Below are positions 1-12,473 of a DNA stretch of 64,000 bases, piece after piece. Each line of letters begins with the position of its first letter. The first letter of the stretch is position 1. The translations under genes and the position numbers were made by a program. A model generated the notes under the pieces. The model was not told the DNA's origin. It was given only the letters and a program-made list of their open reading frames with translations, and did not search any database. This DNA comes from Octopus vulgaris (lineage: Eukaryota), in assembly GCA_951406725.2 (NCBI GenBank), contig OX597827.1, positions 51,832,001 through 51,896,000 of the forward strand, read 5' to 3'.

Positions 1-184
1 TATTATTATAAACATAGTCTTTGAAATATAATAATTCATTAAATACCCTAAATTATTTTCCATTTGCTTTTAAGGTAACCAAATACTTATGTGCTACATT
101 TCTTAAGACCAGTTATAAAGCTAATAATTCATTAATTTAAATTTAAATTTAAATGCGTAAATAACGGTAAACCCAATATATTCA

Positions 185-671
185 CCCTGTTCCAGCAGGG
201 TCATCTGCGTTTGCTCAGTCATATACATTGCATGCCGGACGGGAGGATCCCAAAAGACCTCCTGTACGGGGAATTGGCCACCGGCACAAGAGCATGAGGA
301 CGATCTCATCTTCGCTTCAAGGACGTCTGCAAGAGAGATATGAAGTCGATTGATCTGGTCGACCTGAGACGGGAGGAGGACGCAAATGATCGCGCACGCT
401 GCAGACAAATACTGCGAAAGGGGATGAAGCGAAGGGAAGGGAAACAAGGACTCGCCACCAAAGAAAAGCGCACTCGACGGAAGGAAAAGCCAATAGCGCC
501 GGCAGAGAGCTCCTTTAAATGCAGTATTTGTATGCGTGAGTGTCACTCCCGCGTGGGGCCTCTACAGCCACATCAGACGCTGCACCACCATCCGCAGATA
601 ACACGATTTCTTCGGGTGCAGATCCATGGCCTCTCGAGACCGACGGATGCTTACTACTACTACTACTGCTG

Positions 672-721
<50 letters not shown>

Positions 722-722
722 G
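185..722 (+). mobile_element. 5'-truncated RTE-clade LINE 3' end with (TAC)n tail
   Basis: Translates as PKDLLYGEL..G.R..GR..LRFKDVCKRDMK..., then FKCSICMRECHSRVGLYSH (C2H2-like, frameshifted), typical of RTE/BovB-like ORF C-termini; ends in a (TAC)n tail at ~652-720. Confidence 0.85.
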
Positions 723-728
723 CATGTA

Positions 729-1122
729 GGCGTAGGCGTAGCTGTGTGGTAAGAAGTTTGCTTCCCATCAGCATGATTCCAGGTTCAATCCCACTATGTG
801 ACACCTTGGGCAAGTGTCTTCTACTATACCCTCGGGGCGACCAAAGACTTGTGAGTGGATTTGGTAGACAGAAACTGAAAGAAGCCTGTCATGCATGTAT
901 GTATGTATATCTATGTGTTTGCGTGTGTTTATCCCCTACCACCGCTTGACAACCGGTGTTGGTGTGTTTACGTCCACGTAACATAGCGGTTCGACTACAG
1001 AAGTCGATAGAATAAGTACCAGGCTTAGAAAAAGTACTGCAGTCGATTCATTGGACTAAAAATTCTTCAACGTGGTGTCCCAGGATGGCTGCAGTCTAAT
1101 GACTGAAAAACAAATAAAAGAT
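729..1122 (+). mobile_element. tRNA-headed SINE family A
   Basis: A-box-like TAGCTGTGTGG, B-box GGTTCAATCCC, body GGCAAGTGTCTTCTACTATA...GGATTTGGTAGAC, internal microsatellite, tail ...ATGACTGAAA; the same body recurs about ten times in the window. Confidence 0.85.
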
Positions 1123-1367
1123 AAAAAATATAATTATAGAAGTCCTCATCTCTTTTCGTATTCCATAAAGACTCGCCAAAAGAGGCACTAATACACAAAG
1201 ATATCTAAAGAGTGACAAATGATGTTTGGAATATAGTAAGAAAATATTAATAACGAACCATCGCGCTATATTTATTCGTTTGAATTGTTTTTTCTCAATT
1301 GTGAAAACATGCAGCGGGTGAAAGGAATCATAACATAATGGTTGAAACCCACTCAGTTTCATCTATT

Positions 1368-1443
1368 TAGGATGATTGTACTATTATCTTAATGATAAAT
1401 AAACATAGGATGATTGTACTATTATCTTAATGATAAATAAACA
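1368..1443. repeat. 38-bp perfect tandem duplication
   Basis: TAGGATGATTGTACTATTATCTTAATGATAAATAAACA occurs at 1368-1405 and 1406-1443. Confidence 0.9.
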
Positions 1444-1525
1444 ATCTTAATTATGCGTCTACTTTCGATATACCGAGGACGTTAATACACCTTTTTTTCT
1501 CAAATTTATAAACCTGATATTGGGA

Positions 1526-1885
<360 letters not shown>

Positions 1886-2517
1886 TATTTGTTCATGCGC
1901 ATTTGCAGATAGAAACGAAGTCGGTTAAAAATACCATTCGTTCGTTGACAGTGAGACAATAATAACTTCAAGAAAATACATATTTTCAATGTCTCATTAA
2001 TCGATCGATTTTATTCGAGGAATACGGCACTATCGTTTATGTAGTCATCTTTAAAAACCCGGGCTTTTAATTGCTACAGTGTAAATGTAGCCAATAAGGC
2101 TAATGATTAAGAGAGGCATTCATTGAATTCTGTAACCAGGATACTGTTGCTACAGTCGGAAATAATCACATGAGTTATACGGGTGTTTAGCGTTGACAAA
2201 TACTCAGTCCAGATAAGGTCGTTAGCGTCGAGTTAACAAAGAATAGCCCTGTTAGAAATGTTTGCTCTTCCTCCTTTTGCGGCAACAATAGGTTTCAAAT
2301 TAGCTGATCATAAATTTGCAGGCTCTTCATCAATGATCCGTAGTATCTTCTTTCTCTCCTATTTTCTTGCTGCATTAACAACAAGTAAGAACAAAAAATA
2401 TTTTTTTTGTGGGCCCTAACAACATCAAGTTAGTTGAATTTTAATTTAATTACTACTTTTTTTTTTCTCAAGATCAGTCGATATTCTTTCAACCATCAGT
2501 TTTCTTATGTTCGTCTT

Positions 2518-2726
2518 TATTTTACTTGTTTCAGTCATTTGACTGCGGCCAAGCTGGAGCACCGCCTTTAGTCGAGCAAATCGACCCCGGGACTTATTCT
2601 TTGTAAGACCAGTACTTATTCTATCGTTCTGTTTTGCCGAACCGCTAATTGACGGGGACGTAAACACACCAGCATCGGTTGTCAAGCAATGCTAGAGGGA
2701 CAAACACAGACACACAAACATATACA

Positions 2727-2787
<61 letters not shown>

Positions 2788-2975
2788 GTATATATATATA
2801 TATACATATATACGACAGGCTTCTTTCAGTTCCCGTCTACCAAATCCACTCACAAGGCTTTGATCGGCCCGAGGCTATAGCAGAAGACACTTGCCCAAGA
2901 TGCCACGCTGTGGGATTGAACCCGGAACCATGTGGCTGGTCAGCAAGCTACTTACCACACAGCCACTCCTGCGCC
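2518..2975 (-). mobile_element. SINE family A, full length, with internal (CA)n/(TA)n
   Basis: Reverse complement of the family A body seen at 7644-8088. Confidence 0.9.
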
Positions 2976-2979
2976 TCAT

Positions 2980-3900
2980 TTGTGTGAGAAGGTTTTTGGT
3001 GGGGAATTTCTTGCTCTTGAATTGAATGAAGGTATCTTTCAAGATGAGATGGTAAGTTGTTAGTACTCCATCACAAGCTTTTGTGTAGTTTATTTCACCT
3101 AGTATCTGCATTTTATTTTTTGTTTTATTTCAATCACTCATATACATCATTCTCAACGAAGTGATTTAGGTTTTCATTTTGTCGTTGGATATCCAGTTCT
3201 TTTGATTTTGTTGTAGGATATCCTGTGTTCGTTGTGTCAGTTTATATTTTAAGTGTGTTTTCAAGCTTTATTAGCTATTCTAATTATGGCTTATTTTCGT
3301 ATTCCAGCAAAATAGTTGCCGAGCCTTTTCATTTGAAGATGTTGTTTCAGTGTTAAAATCCGGGCTTCACATGATGTTATTACAGATTTAAGGCCATTAT
3401 AACTTTGTAGTGACGGAAATTTACTTGTCATGTTCAAATTTCCAGTAACACCGAGCAGTTTCCAACTTTTTCTCACCTCTATCAGTTCTTGCAGTGACGA
3501 ATTCGGAAGGTCAAATTTAGGTGTCGGGATAAGCGCGATATGGTCCAATGAAAATAACCTTCACATCCTGAACAGTTTGGTATGTCAAGCTGTTCATGAT
3601 CATTCAAAAGAGGGCACAACTTTTCTATGTCTTACCAAAATAAAAAAAAAATTTCTTTCCAATCCTTCAGAAATATCAGGTAATAAGATCCAATTACTTT
3701 TGACATACGCAAATCGGCCACAAAGTTAAAATATGTTTCTGAAGTAAGGGTATCCATTTCTATAAAAGAAAACTGTTTTCTGAGCTGATGATGATAGGTT
3801 TAACGAGAGGACAAAGAGCAGTACTGATAAATTATCGCCTGCTGTGTGCATTTTTAATAATGCATATTGCCCGATTTGAATTGCATGTTATCAGAAGTAA
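2980..3900 (-). mobile_element. Highly decayed Penelope-like element relic (GIY-YIG-like and RT-like scraps)
   Basis: Minus-strand fragments YYLI...YFGKT (~3620-3700) and LILKDTFIQFKSKKF (~3005-3050) resemble PLE endonuclease and RT segments; many stops. Confidence 0.35.
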
Positions 3901-4055
3901 AGTGGTGTTACAAGTTTTGGTGAGGTGTTTAATAGCAACAACCAGTGATTGCAGAACTTTGGATAATTGTAATGTCTTGATAATTTAGCATAACACACAC
4001 ACACCTGTGTGTGTGTGTTGATGTTTCAATGTACGCATATATATATATATACATA

Positions 4056-4086
<31 letters not shown>

Positions 4087-4124
4087 ATGTATGTATGTAT
4101 GTATGTATGTATGTATGTATGTGT

Positions 4125-4372
4125 AAAAAGAGACTGGGCATTGGAGAGAGAATCACTGATAAGAGCGCCATCCAACCAAAATGCAAATATATGGGAAACT
4201 ACCACCTGTGTCATCCCTTGTGAAAAGTAGGAGAGTCCAGTTTGCTGGACATTGTTGTAGAGCTGAAAAAGAAGTAATTTCTCCTCTTCTCCTCTGGAAG
4301 CCATCTACTCGCAATACCAGAGGGCGCACACTCTCCTACCCTGATGTAATCTCCAGGGATACAGGCATCGGT
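4125..4372 (+). mobile_element. RTE-like LINE ORF C-terminal fragment
   Basis: IYGKLPPVSSLVKSRRVQFAGHCCRAEKEVISPLLLWKP..RGRTLSYPDVISRDTG matches the RRLRFAGHC.R pattern at RTE-type RT C-termini. Confidence 0.75.
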
Positions 4373-4488
4373 CGAACAATGATGATGATGATGTATATGT
4401 ATATAAACATGTTTAGGAGGAATAGATATATTTTTTAGAGAAGAGTCGATTTTTATTATCTCCATTTTCCCAGTATTATTCATATGTC

Positions 4489-4818
4489 TTATTATTACCT
4501 CTGCCTTAGCGAAGGCAGAGGTATTGTTTTCAGTCGTGTTTGTTTGTCCGTGGACAAGATATCTCAAGAACCGCTGGAAGGATTCAGATGAAACTTTCAG
4601 GGATATTTGGCATCGTGGCTGGCAAGAACTGATTAGTTTTTGGTATCGATCCAGCACCGGACAAGGATTCTGGATTATTTTCACTGATTTTTTTTTTTTT
4701 ACTTAATGTTTGAGAGCGGTAGGGGTTCATTTTTAGTATTCTCGTTTGTGAGAGCAGTCGAGTTTATTTCAGATATTCTAATTTTTAAAAAAATCATCTT
4801 TGCTAATCGTTGAGAGGA
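4489..4818 (+). mobile_element. Non-autonomous DNA element fragment (Crypton/Helentron-HINE-like 5' end)
   Basis: Begins TTATTACCTCTGCCTTAGCGAAGGCAGAGGT (hairpin), then (GTTT)n/GTCC and ATATCTCAAGAACCGCTGGA...ATGAAACTTTCAGG, a layout typical of HINE/Crypton-type short elements. Confidence 0.5.
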
Positions 4819-4826
4819 TATATATG

Positions 4827-6218
4827 TAGTCATCCCATAAATAATACAGTTTTTTTCAATTGCATGAACTAAAATTGAGGGGGGGGGGGCAGATAAACTA
4901 CCTACATCAACTTGCTACAAAAGCAGGTAGTAATTTTACCTTTTCTTTATTCTTAGTGCAAGTTTTGAAGAGTGCAGTTTGATTTTAACAGTTATTTTTT
5001 CAAAGCTATAATGGAAGTGACAAAGGAGCATATTCGGCATATTCGGAAAGTGCGAGGAATATTAATGCAGTATATGGAGATCGAACAATAAGCATAAGCC
5101 AGTTTCAACGGTGGTTCCAGAAATTCCGAGCCGGAAACTACAGCCTAGAAGTCGAGCCTCGTCTTGAAAGATCTGTAGAGCTCGTCGAAGACGTCCTGCA
5201 AACCCTGGTAGGGAAGAAATTCCATCATAACTGTTGAGGAACTAGCATAGAAGTTTGATTCTGGTCATTCAATCATTCATTGACACCTGCATGCCATCAG
5301 AAAAGTCAGCAAATTGGGTCATTGGGTCCGACACAAACTTTCCGACTCTAATTGCGCGCAGAGAGGGAATGTCTGCTCTTTTTTGCTGTCACGTCTCACG
5401 AATGAACCTTTTTCGAAGGTGACTGGTGACGAGAAATAGGTTTTCTATAAAAATGTCAAATGCCAAAGCCAGTGGGTAGGGAAAGAAGAAACACCAGCAC
5501 CCAAGGCTAAAGAACGTCTTCACCCACGTAAGGTGTTGTTATCCGTTTGATGGGATATAAAAGGTTTAGTCCACTTTGAACTTTTAAACCCAAACCAAAC
5601 GATAACAAAGAAGCTCTACTGCGAACACCTTGAGCGGTTAGAAGAGAAACGACCATCTTTGGTTTCAAAACGAAAGGTGTTCTTCCATCAGGATAATGCA
5701 CGACCACATACAGCGAGTATGGCATGCTAAATGTTGGAGCAGTTTGAATGGGAAACGATGCCCCACCTACCATATTCACCGGACATTGCCCCATATGACT
5801 ATCATTCATTCCGTAGTCTTCAAAATCATTTGGACGAAAAACATATGAATTCTGTAGACGAGGTCAGAACAGTACTGGGGGAGTATTTTTCGTCACGGTC
5901 AAGTGAATTTTGGAAGAGGGGCCTTGCAAGTCTACCAGATAGATGGAAGAGCATTGTAGAAAATGAAGGAGAGTATAGAGAAAACAATTTCTTTTAAATT
6001 TCATGGAGAGATATACAGTAACAGTACCGAATAGCAAAGTTTATATGCTAACAGAATGGGGCAGTCCTATAAAGGACGATGTTACTGTTAGTAACATCGT
6101 CCTTTATGGGACTGTCACATTCTGAAGGAGAGTATATTTTAGTATAAAAAAAGAACTTTATTTATCTTAATTTAAAAAAATAAGAAGTATAAAAAAAACT
6201 GCATTAATTATAGGATGC
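4827..6218 (+). mobile_element. mariner (DD34D) transposon with pseudogenised transposase
   Basis: Imperfect TIRs TCATCCCATAAATAATACAGTTTTTTT (~4830) and AAAAAAACTGCATTAATTATAGGATG (~6192-6217); ATG at 5011; motifs WVRHKL, VTGDEK, HQDNARPH (D at 5692) and YSPDIAPYD (D at 5797) give D34D spacing; internal stops and frameshifts. Confidence 0.92.
5964..6136. mobile_element. ~145-bp hairpin-bearing insertion in the mariner 3' end, flanked by a 14-bp direct repeat
   Basis: TGAAGGAGAGTATA at 5964-5977 and 6123-6136; ~35-bp-arm inverted repeat at 6052-6124. Confidence 0.8.
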
Positions 6219-6369
6219 AAGCGTGGCTGTGTTGTAAGAAGCTTGCTTTCCAACCACATTGTTCCGGGTTCAGTCCCACTGCGTGACACCTTGGGTGTCT
6301 TCTACAATAGCTTCGGGCCAATCAAAGCCTTGTGAGTGGATTTGGTAGGCGGAAACTGAAAGAAGCCCG

Positions 6370-6415
<46 letters not shown>

Positions 6416-6862
6416 CAAAATAAAAACATGATGCAAAGGATTTAGCGGTACATATGTTTCTGGCTTTTATTAGACGGTTTATATCAATGCATAATTGATG
6501 TAATTTGTATGTCAAAAGCCAGAAACATATGTACCGCTAAATCCTTTGCATCATGTTTTTATTTTGATAAATATACTCTATCACCTACACCACTAAATGG
6601 CATATACAGGTGCTTACAATTATCAAGAATTCACCCTGAATTTTATATATATATATATATATATACATACAGACATATGTTTGTGTGTCTGTGTTTGTCC
6701 CCCCATCATCGCTTGACAACCCATGTTGGTGTGTTTACGTCCCTGAAACTTAGCGGTTCGGCAAAAGAGACCGATAAATTAAGTACTAGGCTTACGATCA
6801 ATAAGTCCTGGGGTTAGATTTCTTCGACTAAAGGCGGTGCTCCAGCATGACCGCAATTCATG
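6217..6862 (+). mobile_element. SINE family A, interrupted in its (TA)n by an inverted-repeat insert
   Basis: Head 6217-6371, foreign insert ~6407-6642, 3' body ~6670-6862. Confidence 0.8.
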
Positions 6863-6900
6863 ATCGAACGCCACGCATCCTTTTCCAAGTAAGTTGTGTG

Positions 6901-6956
<56 letters not shown>

Positions 6957-7125
6957 TGCAAAGACATATCACGCCACTTATGCATATAAACATTTGAGTT
7001 TATCGTTTTAAAGTAATCTTAACACTAACAATATTGTATTTATTGATGGCGAGACTCAACACTAAAAGTAGAATCAAACTTATAAAATTCGCTTTGATTG
7101 GGGCACCTTTAGCTTGTTGAACCCC

Positions 7126-7156
<31 letters not shown>

Positions 7157-7229
7157 ACACATACACACACACACACACACATACACACACAGAGTTTAAT
7201 TAGAAGATGTGTTAGAATGCGTTGCCAAA

Positions 7230-7807
7230 TGCGAAATCTATGTCACTTTATGGCCACCAGGAGAATTTTGTTTCCAATTACAAAAGTAGATGGATTAATT
7301 CCATAAAAATAGTAATCAAAATAATTAGCGAGAAACTTTTAAGCAAAGTTCACAGTAATAACAGAAAGCTGACAAGCCACCAGCAATGGGAAAAAAAACA
7401 GGAGAGTAATTAGCTTATTAAATATATATATATATATATATAATAAATACGACTCCAAGTTTACCCAATACGATAATGTCAAATGTTATCTGTTTATCTC
7501 AGCTTACACTCACTAATGTCCGAGATTTCACTAGAGTTTATAACATTATAGATAATAATAGCATAGATATTATTATGCACGCTAGAAAGACTTTGCTCTT
7601 CGATATAGATTCTGCTTGGGTTTTAAAAAATCAAACCCCACATAGGCGTAGGAGTGGCTGTGTGGTAAATAGCTTGCTAACCAGCCACATGATTCCGGGT
7701 TCAGTCCCACTGCGTGGCATCTTGGGCAAGTGTCTTCTGCTATAGCCTCGGGCCGTCCAAAGCCTTGTGAGTGGATTTGGTAGACGGAAACTGAAAGAAG
7801 CCTGTCG

Positions 7808-7880
<73 letters not shown>

Positions 7881-9170
7881 ATATGTTTGTGTGTCTGTGT
7901 TTGTCCTCCCAACATCGCTTGACAACCGATGCTGGTGTGTTTACGTCCCCGTCACTTAGCGGTTCGGCAAAGGAGATCGATAGAATAAGTACTGGGCTTA
8001 CAAAGAATAAGTCCCGGGGTCGATTTGCTCGACTAAAGGCGGTGCTCCAGCATGGCCGCAGTCAAATGACTGAAACAAGTAAAAGAGTATATTCCTTCAA
8101 CGTTAATATGATGTAGTTTGACAGTGAGAAGCTATGTAATCTTGTTCACTTTCATAGCCGAGGTGTACTCAGCAACAACAAATTTACCACAATAAATGTC
8201 AGATTGACAGTATCTCAGTATGCAAATCCATATATTTTGTATCTCAATATGTAAATAGATATATCAAATACTTTTTGAAAAAACCTCGTTAATACTTTCA
8301 AAAATCTCGGCTTGAAAGTAACTATCACTACTAACTTTAGTATTACTAACTTTCAAGGTGTTACCTTTCAGTTAATCAGAGACAAACTCCAGCCTTATGG
8401 TAAACTGAGTGAAAAATATTTGTTTGCAGAGACTGCTGCTATCTAACAATAATTTCAAAAACCCGATTAATAATATTCTTAGAAGGGTTTCCAAACTGTC
8501 ATCAAACATATTAATCTTAAATATAGTAACTTCTTATAACATAAAATAATCCATTAGCCACTTGATTGCTCCGTCATCTAATATTAAGAAGAGATGCGAA
8601 ATATCTGGTTTATATCTCCTTGCCCTATAAGATAACCTTTCCCCAATCAAACACCGATATAATAAAGTATTTAATATAAAAAGTTTACGACTATGTCACA
8701 GCAGTATCACTCAATATGAAAAACATATAAACCCACTAAATTAATTGTGGTTAACTGCACGTGTAGTAAATTAAAATCTAACTCTCCTTAATCGGATATA
8801 CAATACTGAAGCGATTATGTATGAAGCAAAAGTTACTTCCAATTAAACAGAGTTTAATATAGCGCGTAAAAAACTATACAGACATGGTGAAAATTAAATG
8901 TAAGTGACCGTGCTTCTTTCTCCTGATGTACAGAAAAGAGAATATAATACCACTATTCAATTACATAAGGAACTTCAAAGAATATAACACTGATTTTGAC
9001 ACCGTATATAAAGGGAACAAAATAATGCTATGAAGAACCTATTACTGAAAAATATTAACAATTCTACAAAATTATCTAAGTTCAAGAGCCGAAACAATTT
9101 TGATGACATTCTACAATATTGGAAGAATATACTATCAGAAGAGTTAGATGTTCCAACAGTGAACAATATC
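7230..9170 (+). mobile_element. Decayed Penelope-like retroelement (RT plus C-terminal GIY-YIG), split by a SINE
   Basis: IIMHARKTLLFD..AWVLK (7570-7630), SFNVNMM*FDSEKLCNLV (~8093-8146; cf. FDVTMGAFDSADVCDLV at 53.2 kb), FKNLGLKVTITTN..TNF..VTF (~8297-8372), NCTCSK...AIMYEAKVT (~8754-8838). Confidence 0.7.
7644..8088 (+). mobile_element. SINE family A, full length
   Basis: GGCGTAGGAGTGGCTGTGTGG head, GGTTCAGTCCC B-box, internal (TA)n, tail ATGACTGAAACAAGTAAAAGAG. Confidence 0.92.
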
Positions 9171-9470
9171 TTATCCCTCTCACCCATTATTAATTTTATA
9201 ACGACTAATGCACGCACGAATATGGTTTCAGTCCTCTGTGTTCTAGTTCAAATCCAGCCGAGTCTAATTATGCCTGTATTGCTTTTAGGATCGGTAACAA
9301 AGTATTAAAGTGTTTTTGCAACCTTTACTCCAGCGGTTACATCCTGGGTGAGATGTTGGAGTGAGAGTAGAATGTAGATACACTCAGTTGTGTGTGGGAG
9401 CATTGTGTATGCTGATACGTCATACTCGATTGTACATATACAAACATATATGCATGCATACATATACAAA

Positions 9471-9514
<44 letters not shown>

Positions 9515-9517
<3 letters not shown>

Positions 9518-9750
9518 GGCGCAATGGCCTAGTGGTTAGGGCAGCGGACTTGCGGTCGGAGGATCGCGGTTTCGATTCCCAGACCGGGCGTTGTGTGTGT
9601 TTATTGAGCGAAAAAAACACCTAAAAGCTCCACGAGGCTCCGGCAGGAGGTGGTGATCCCTGCTGTACTCTTTCACCACTCTAAAGGCGGTGCTCCAGCA
9701 TGGCCGCAGTCAAATGACTGAAACAAGTACAAAAAAAAAAAAAAAAAAAA
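9515..9750 (+). mobile_element. Chimeric SINE: family C tRNA head joined to family A tail and poly(A)
   Basis: GGAGGCGCAATGGCCTAGTGG...CTGTACTCTTTCACCACT joined directly to CTAAAGGCGGTGCTCCAGCATGGCCGCAGTCAAATGACTGAAACAAGTA and an A-run. Confidence 0.8.
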
Positions 9751-9811
9751 TATATATAAAAATATATATATATATATATATATAGATAGATAGATAGATA
9801 GATAGATAGAT

Positions 9812-10087
9812 GGGATTGAATGGTGCTGCCCAGGTGTGGAAACCATAGTGATATTCGTGGGGCAGCTGATGATGGAGGTATGTTGGAGTGTTAGTATGAC
9901 CTTTATTGTATGTGCGGAATAATATCATAACACATCCATTTGATATATGTATATATCAAATGGGTGTCTTATAAAACTATTCCGTACATACAATAACGGC
10001 CATACCAACAATCCAACACACCTCCATCATCAGCTGCCCCACGGATATCACTGTGGTTTCGACACCTGGGCGGTACCATTCAGTCCA
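9812..10087. repeat. ~110-bp imperfect inverted repeat (probable PLE pLTR relic)
   Basis: 9812-9923 is the reverse complement of 9977-10087, with mostly transition differences. Confidence 0.85.
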
Positions 10088-10372
10088 GCGATGTCAATAC
10101 CACTAAAATAAGTGTTGTTTGGGAACAAACATACCATATATATTACTACATTCATTCCATCTTAATTCTAAGGAAGATTAAGCATTAACATTATCAATTA
10201 AGCTACAACAAAGAAACACATTTACTCTATATACAAAAACAGTATCGGTAAATAAATTCACTAGTAAACCTATAAACTAACTCCTAAGTTATCTAACTAA
10301 ATAGCAGCCTAGCCCTTGAAGTTCATGCAGATAATATTCCCACCAGTCTCCCACAGAAAGCTTTTATATTCT

Positions 10373-11026
10373 ATGTATGTATGTATGTATGTATGTATGT
10401 ATGTATGTATGTATGTATGTATGTATGTATGTATGTATGTATGTATGTATGTATGTATGTATGTATGTATGTATGTATGTATGTATGTATGTATGTATGT
10501 ATGTATGTATGTATGTATGTATGTATGTATGTATGTATGTATGTATGTATGTATGTATGTATGTATGTATGTATGTATGTATGTATGTATGTATGTATGT
10601 ATGTATGTATGTATGTATGTATGTATGTATGTATGTATGTATGTATGTATGTATGTATGTATGTATGTATGTATGTATGTATGTATGTATGTATGTATGT
10701 ATGTATGTATGTATGTATGTATGTATGTATGTATGTATGTATGTATGTATGTATGTATGTATGTATGTATGTATGTATGTATGTATGTATGTATGTATGT
10801 ATGTATGTATGTATGTATGTATGTATGTATGTATGTATGTATGTATGTATGTATGTATGTATGTATGTATGTATGTATGTATGTATGTATGTATGTATGT
10901 ATGTATGTATGTATGTATGTATGTATGTATGTATGTATGTATGTATGTATGTATGTATGTATGTATGTATGTATGTATGTATGTGTGTGTATGTATGTAT
11001 GTATGTATGTATGTATGTATGTGTGT

Positions 11027-11086
<60 letters not shown>
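10373..11086. repeat. Long (TATG)n then (TG)n microsatellite
   Basis: About 600 bp of near-pure TATG. Confidence 0.98.
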
Positions 11087-11089
<3 letters not shown>

Positions 11090-11633
11090 GTGACTGAGTG
11101 ACGGTCGGTGTTAAAAATTCCGTCACTGTATGAGTTTCCGTGATTTACCATAAATATAAACTTACTCAGAAATATAATTAGTTGGAAACAGATTTTTACT
11201 GTACTATATTTTTAAATATTGTAGCATTTTTCTGAGAAAGCACTGTGCGGCCCAGAGCTTGTCGAATCGAGATTTGTATTAAGTGGATATTACTTTCTCT
11301 CTGGCACACTACACCCACCTTAAGTAACCTCTTAATCCGTCTATTATTCGAATTCATTCACCCTGTTTCCGCCTTAATTTGTTGTATCAATATTCAACCT
11401 GTTTCATGAAATTTACTCTTATTTGCGTTATACTTCTAACAAACACAAAGTTTCCGTGGAGTACAGTTGTATCTATAAATTAGTTCATTATCTGAAACAG
11501 GTTTTCTGTATAAGTCTTTTTGTATACCAAAATATCATCTGACGGGAATTTCTTTTAGATCGAATAATATCCGCCTCAAAATACATATATCAAGTCAGGT
11601 CGAGGTAGCCTATAGTTTGTACATTTATTTTTG

Positions 11634-12052
11634 GGATCTTTTCGGTTTGACCGGCAGTTTTGTCTAGCGGTGTCATATGAAATTGTGACCCTAGTATCTA
11701 TCTATTGCATTTCAATCTGTTTTAGGGTTAGGGTCAGAGTTAGGCTAGTTAGGGTTAGTTAGGGTTAGGGTTAGGGTTGGGGTTAGGGTATCTTTTTTCT
11801 TCAGAAATGTAAATAAACCCAATCTGTTTCTTAAACGAGGGACATATTCATACGGCACAGAATGTTTTCACCTCAATAGACGTCATTGATTGGTTGAAAT
11901 TGCAGAAATTCAAGAAAAAAAACAATAAATATCTTACAAATTATAGAATTTTCTCAATAAAGCCAAGAGAAAAAGATGTTTTATAAACACATTCTACCAG
12001 TATACGAAGTTTAAAAGTGTTTAGTTACGTGGGAATTATTTATTAAAACTAC
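11634..12052 (+). mobile_element. TIR element (MITE) with internal (TTAGGG)n; right TIR truncated
   Basis: Left TIR GGATCTTTTCGGTTTGACCGGCAGTTTT; TTAGGG tract ~11722-11789; homologous to 49634-50057. Confidence 0.85.
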
Positions 12053-12473
12053 CAAGCTAGCTGTGTAATACTTAATCTAGAGTGAACTAATTTTGACACT
12101 ATAGTGCAGTCACAGTGTGAAAATAACCATCACGCGCAATTAATCTCAATCTCCAGTTTTCTTTATTCCAAGGGTCAAGTAACCTTTTGATTTACAGTGT
12201 AAATTATGATGTAAACTGTAAGTTATGGTGTAAACTTTTCACCATAATTTCAAGTAAAAGTAACAATCTAAGGCAGAAGCATGTGCTTCGGTGAGGAGAG
12301 TGTTTATAAACTCTCGTATGATGGATGTTAAACAGTTTCAGACATACGCTATGCATTTTCTTTGAAATATAACGAGGATGAAATAAGCATATGCAAAAGA
12401 TACAAATTTTGAGAAGGCAATGACGAAGTGGTGTATCCATTAATAATCCTCTAGATATCTAGATTCTTTTCGA

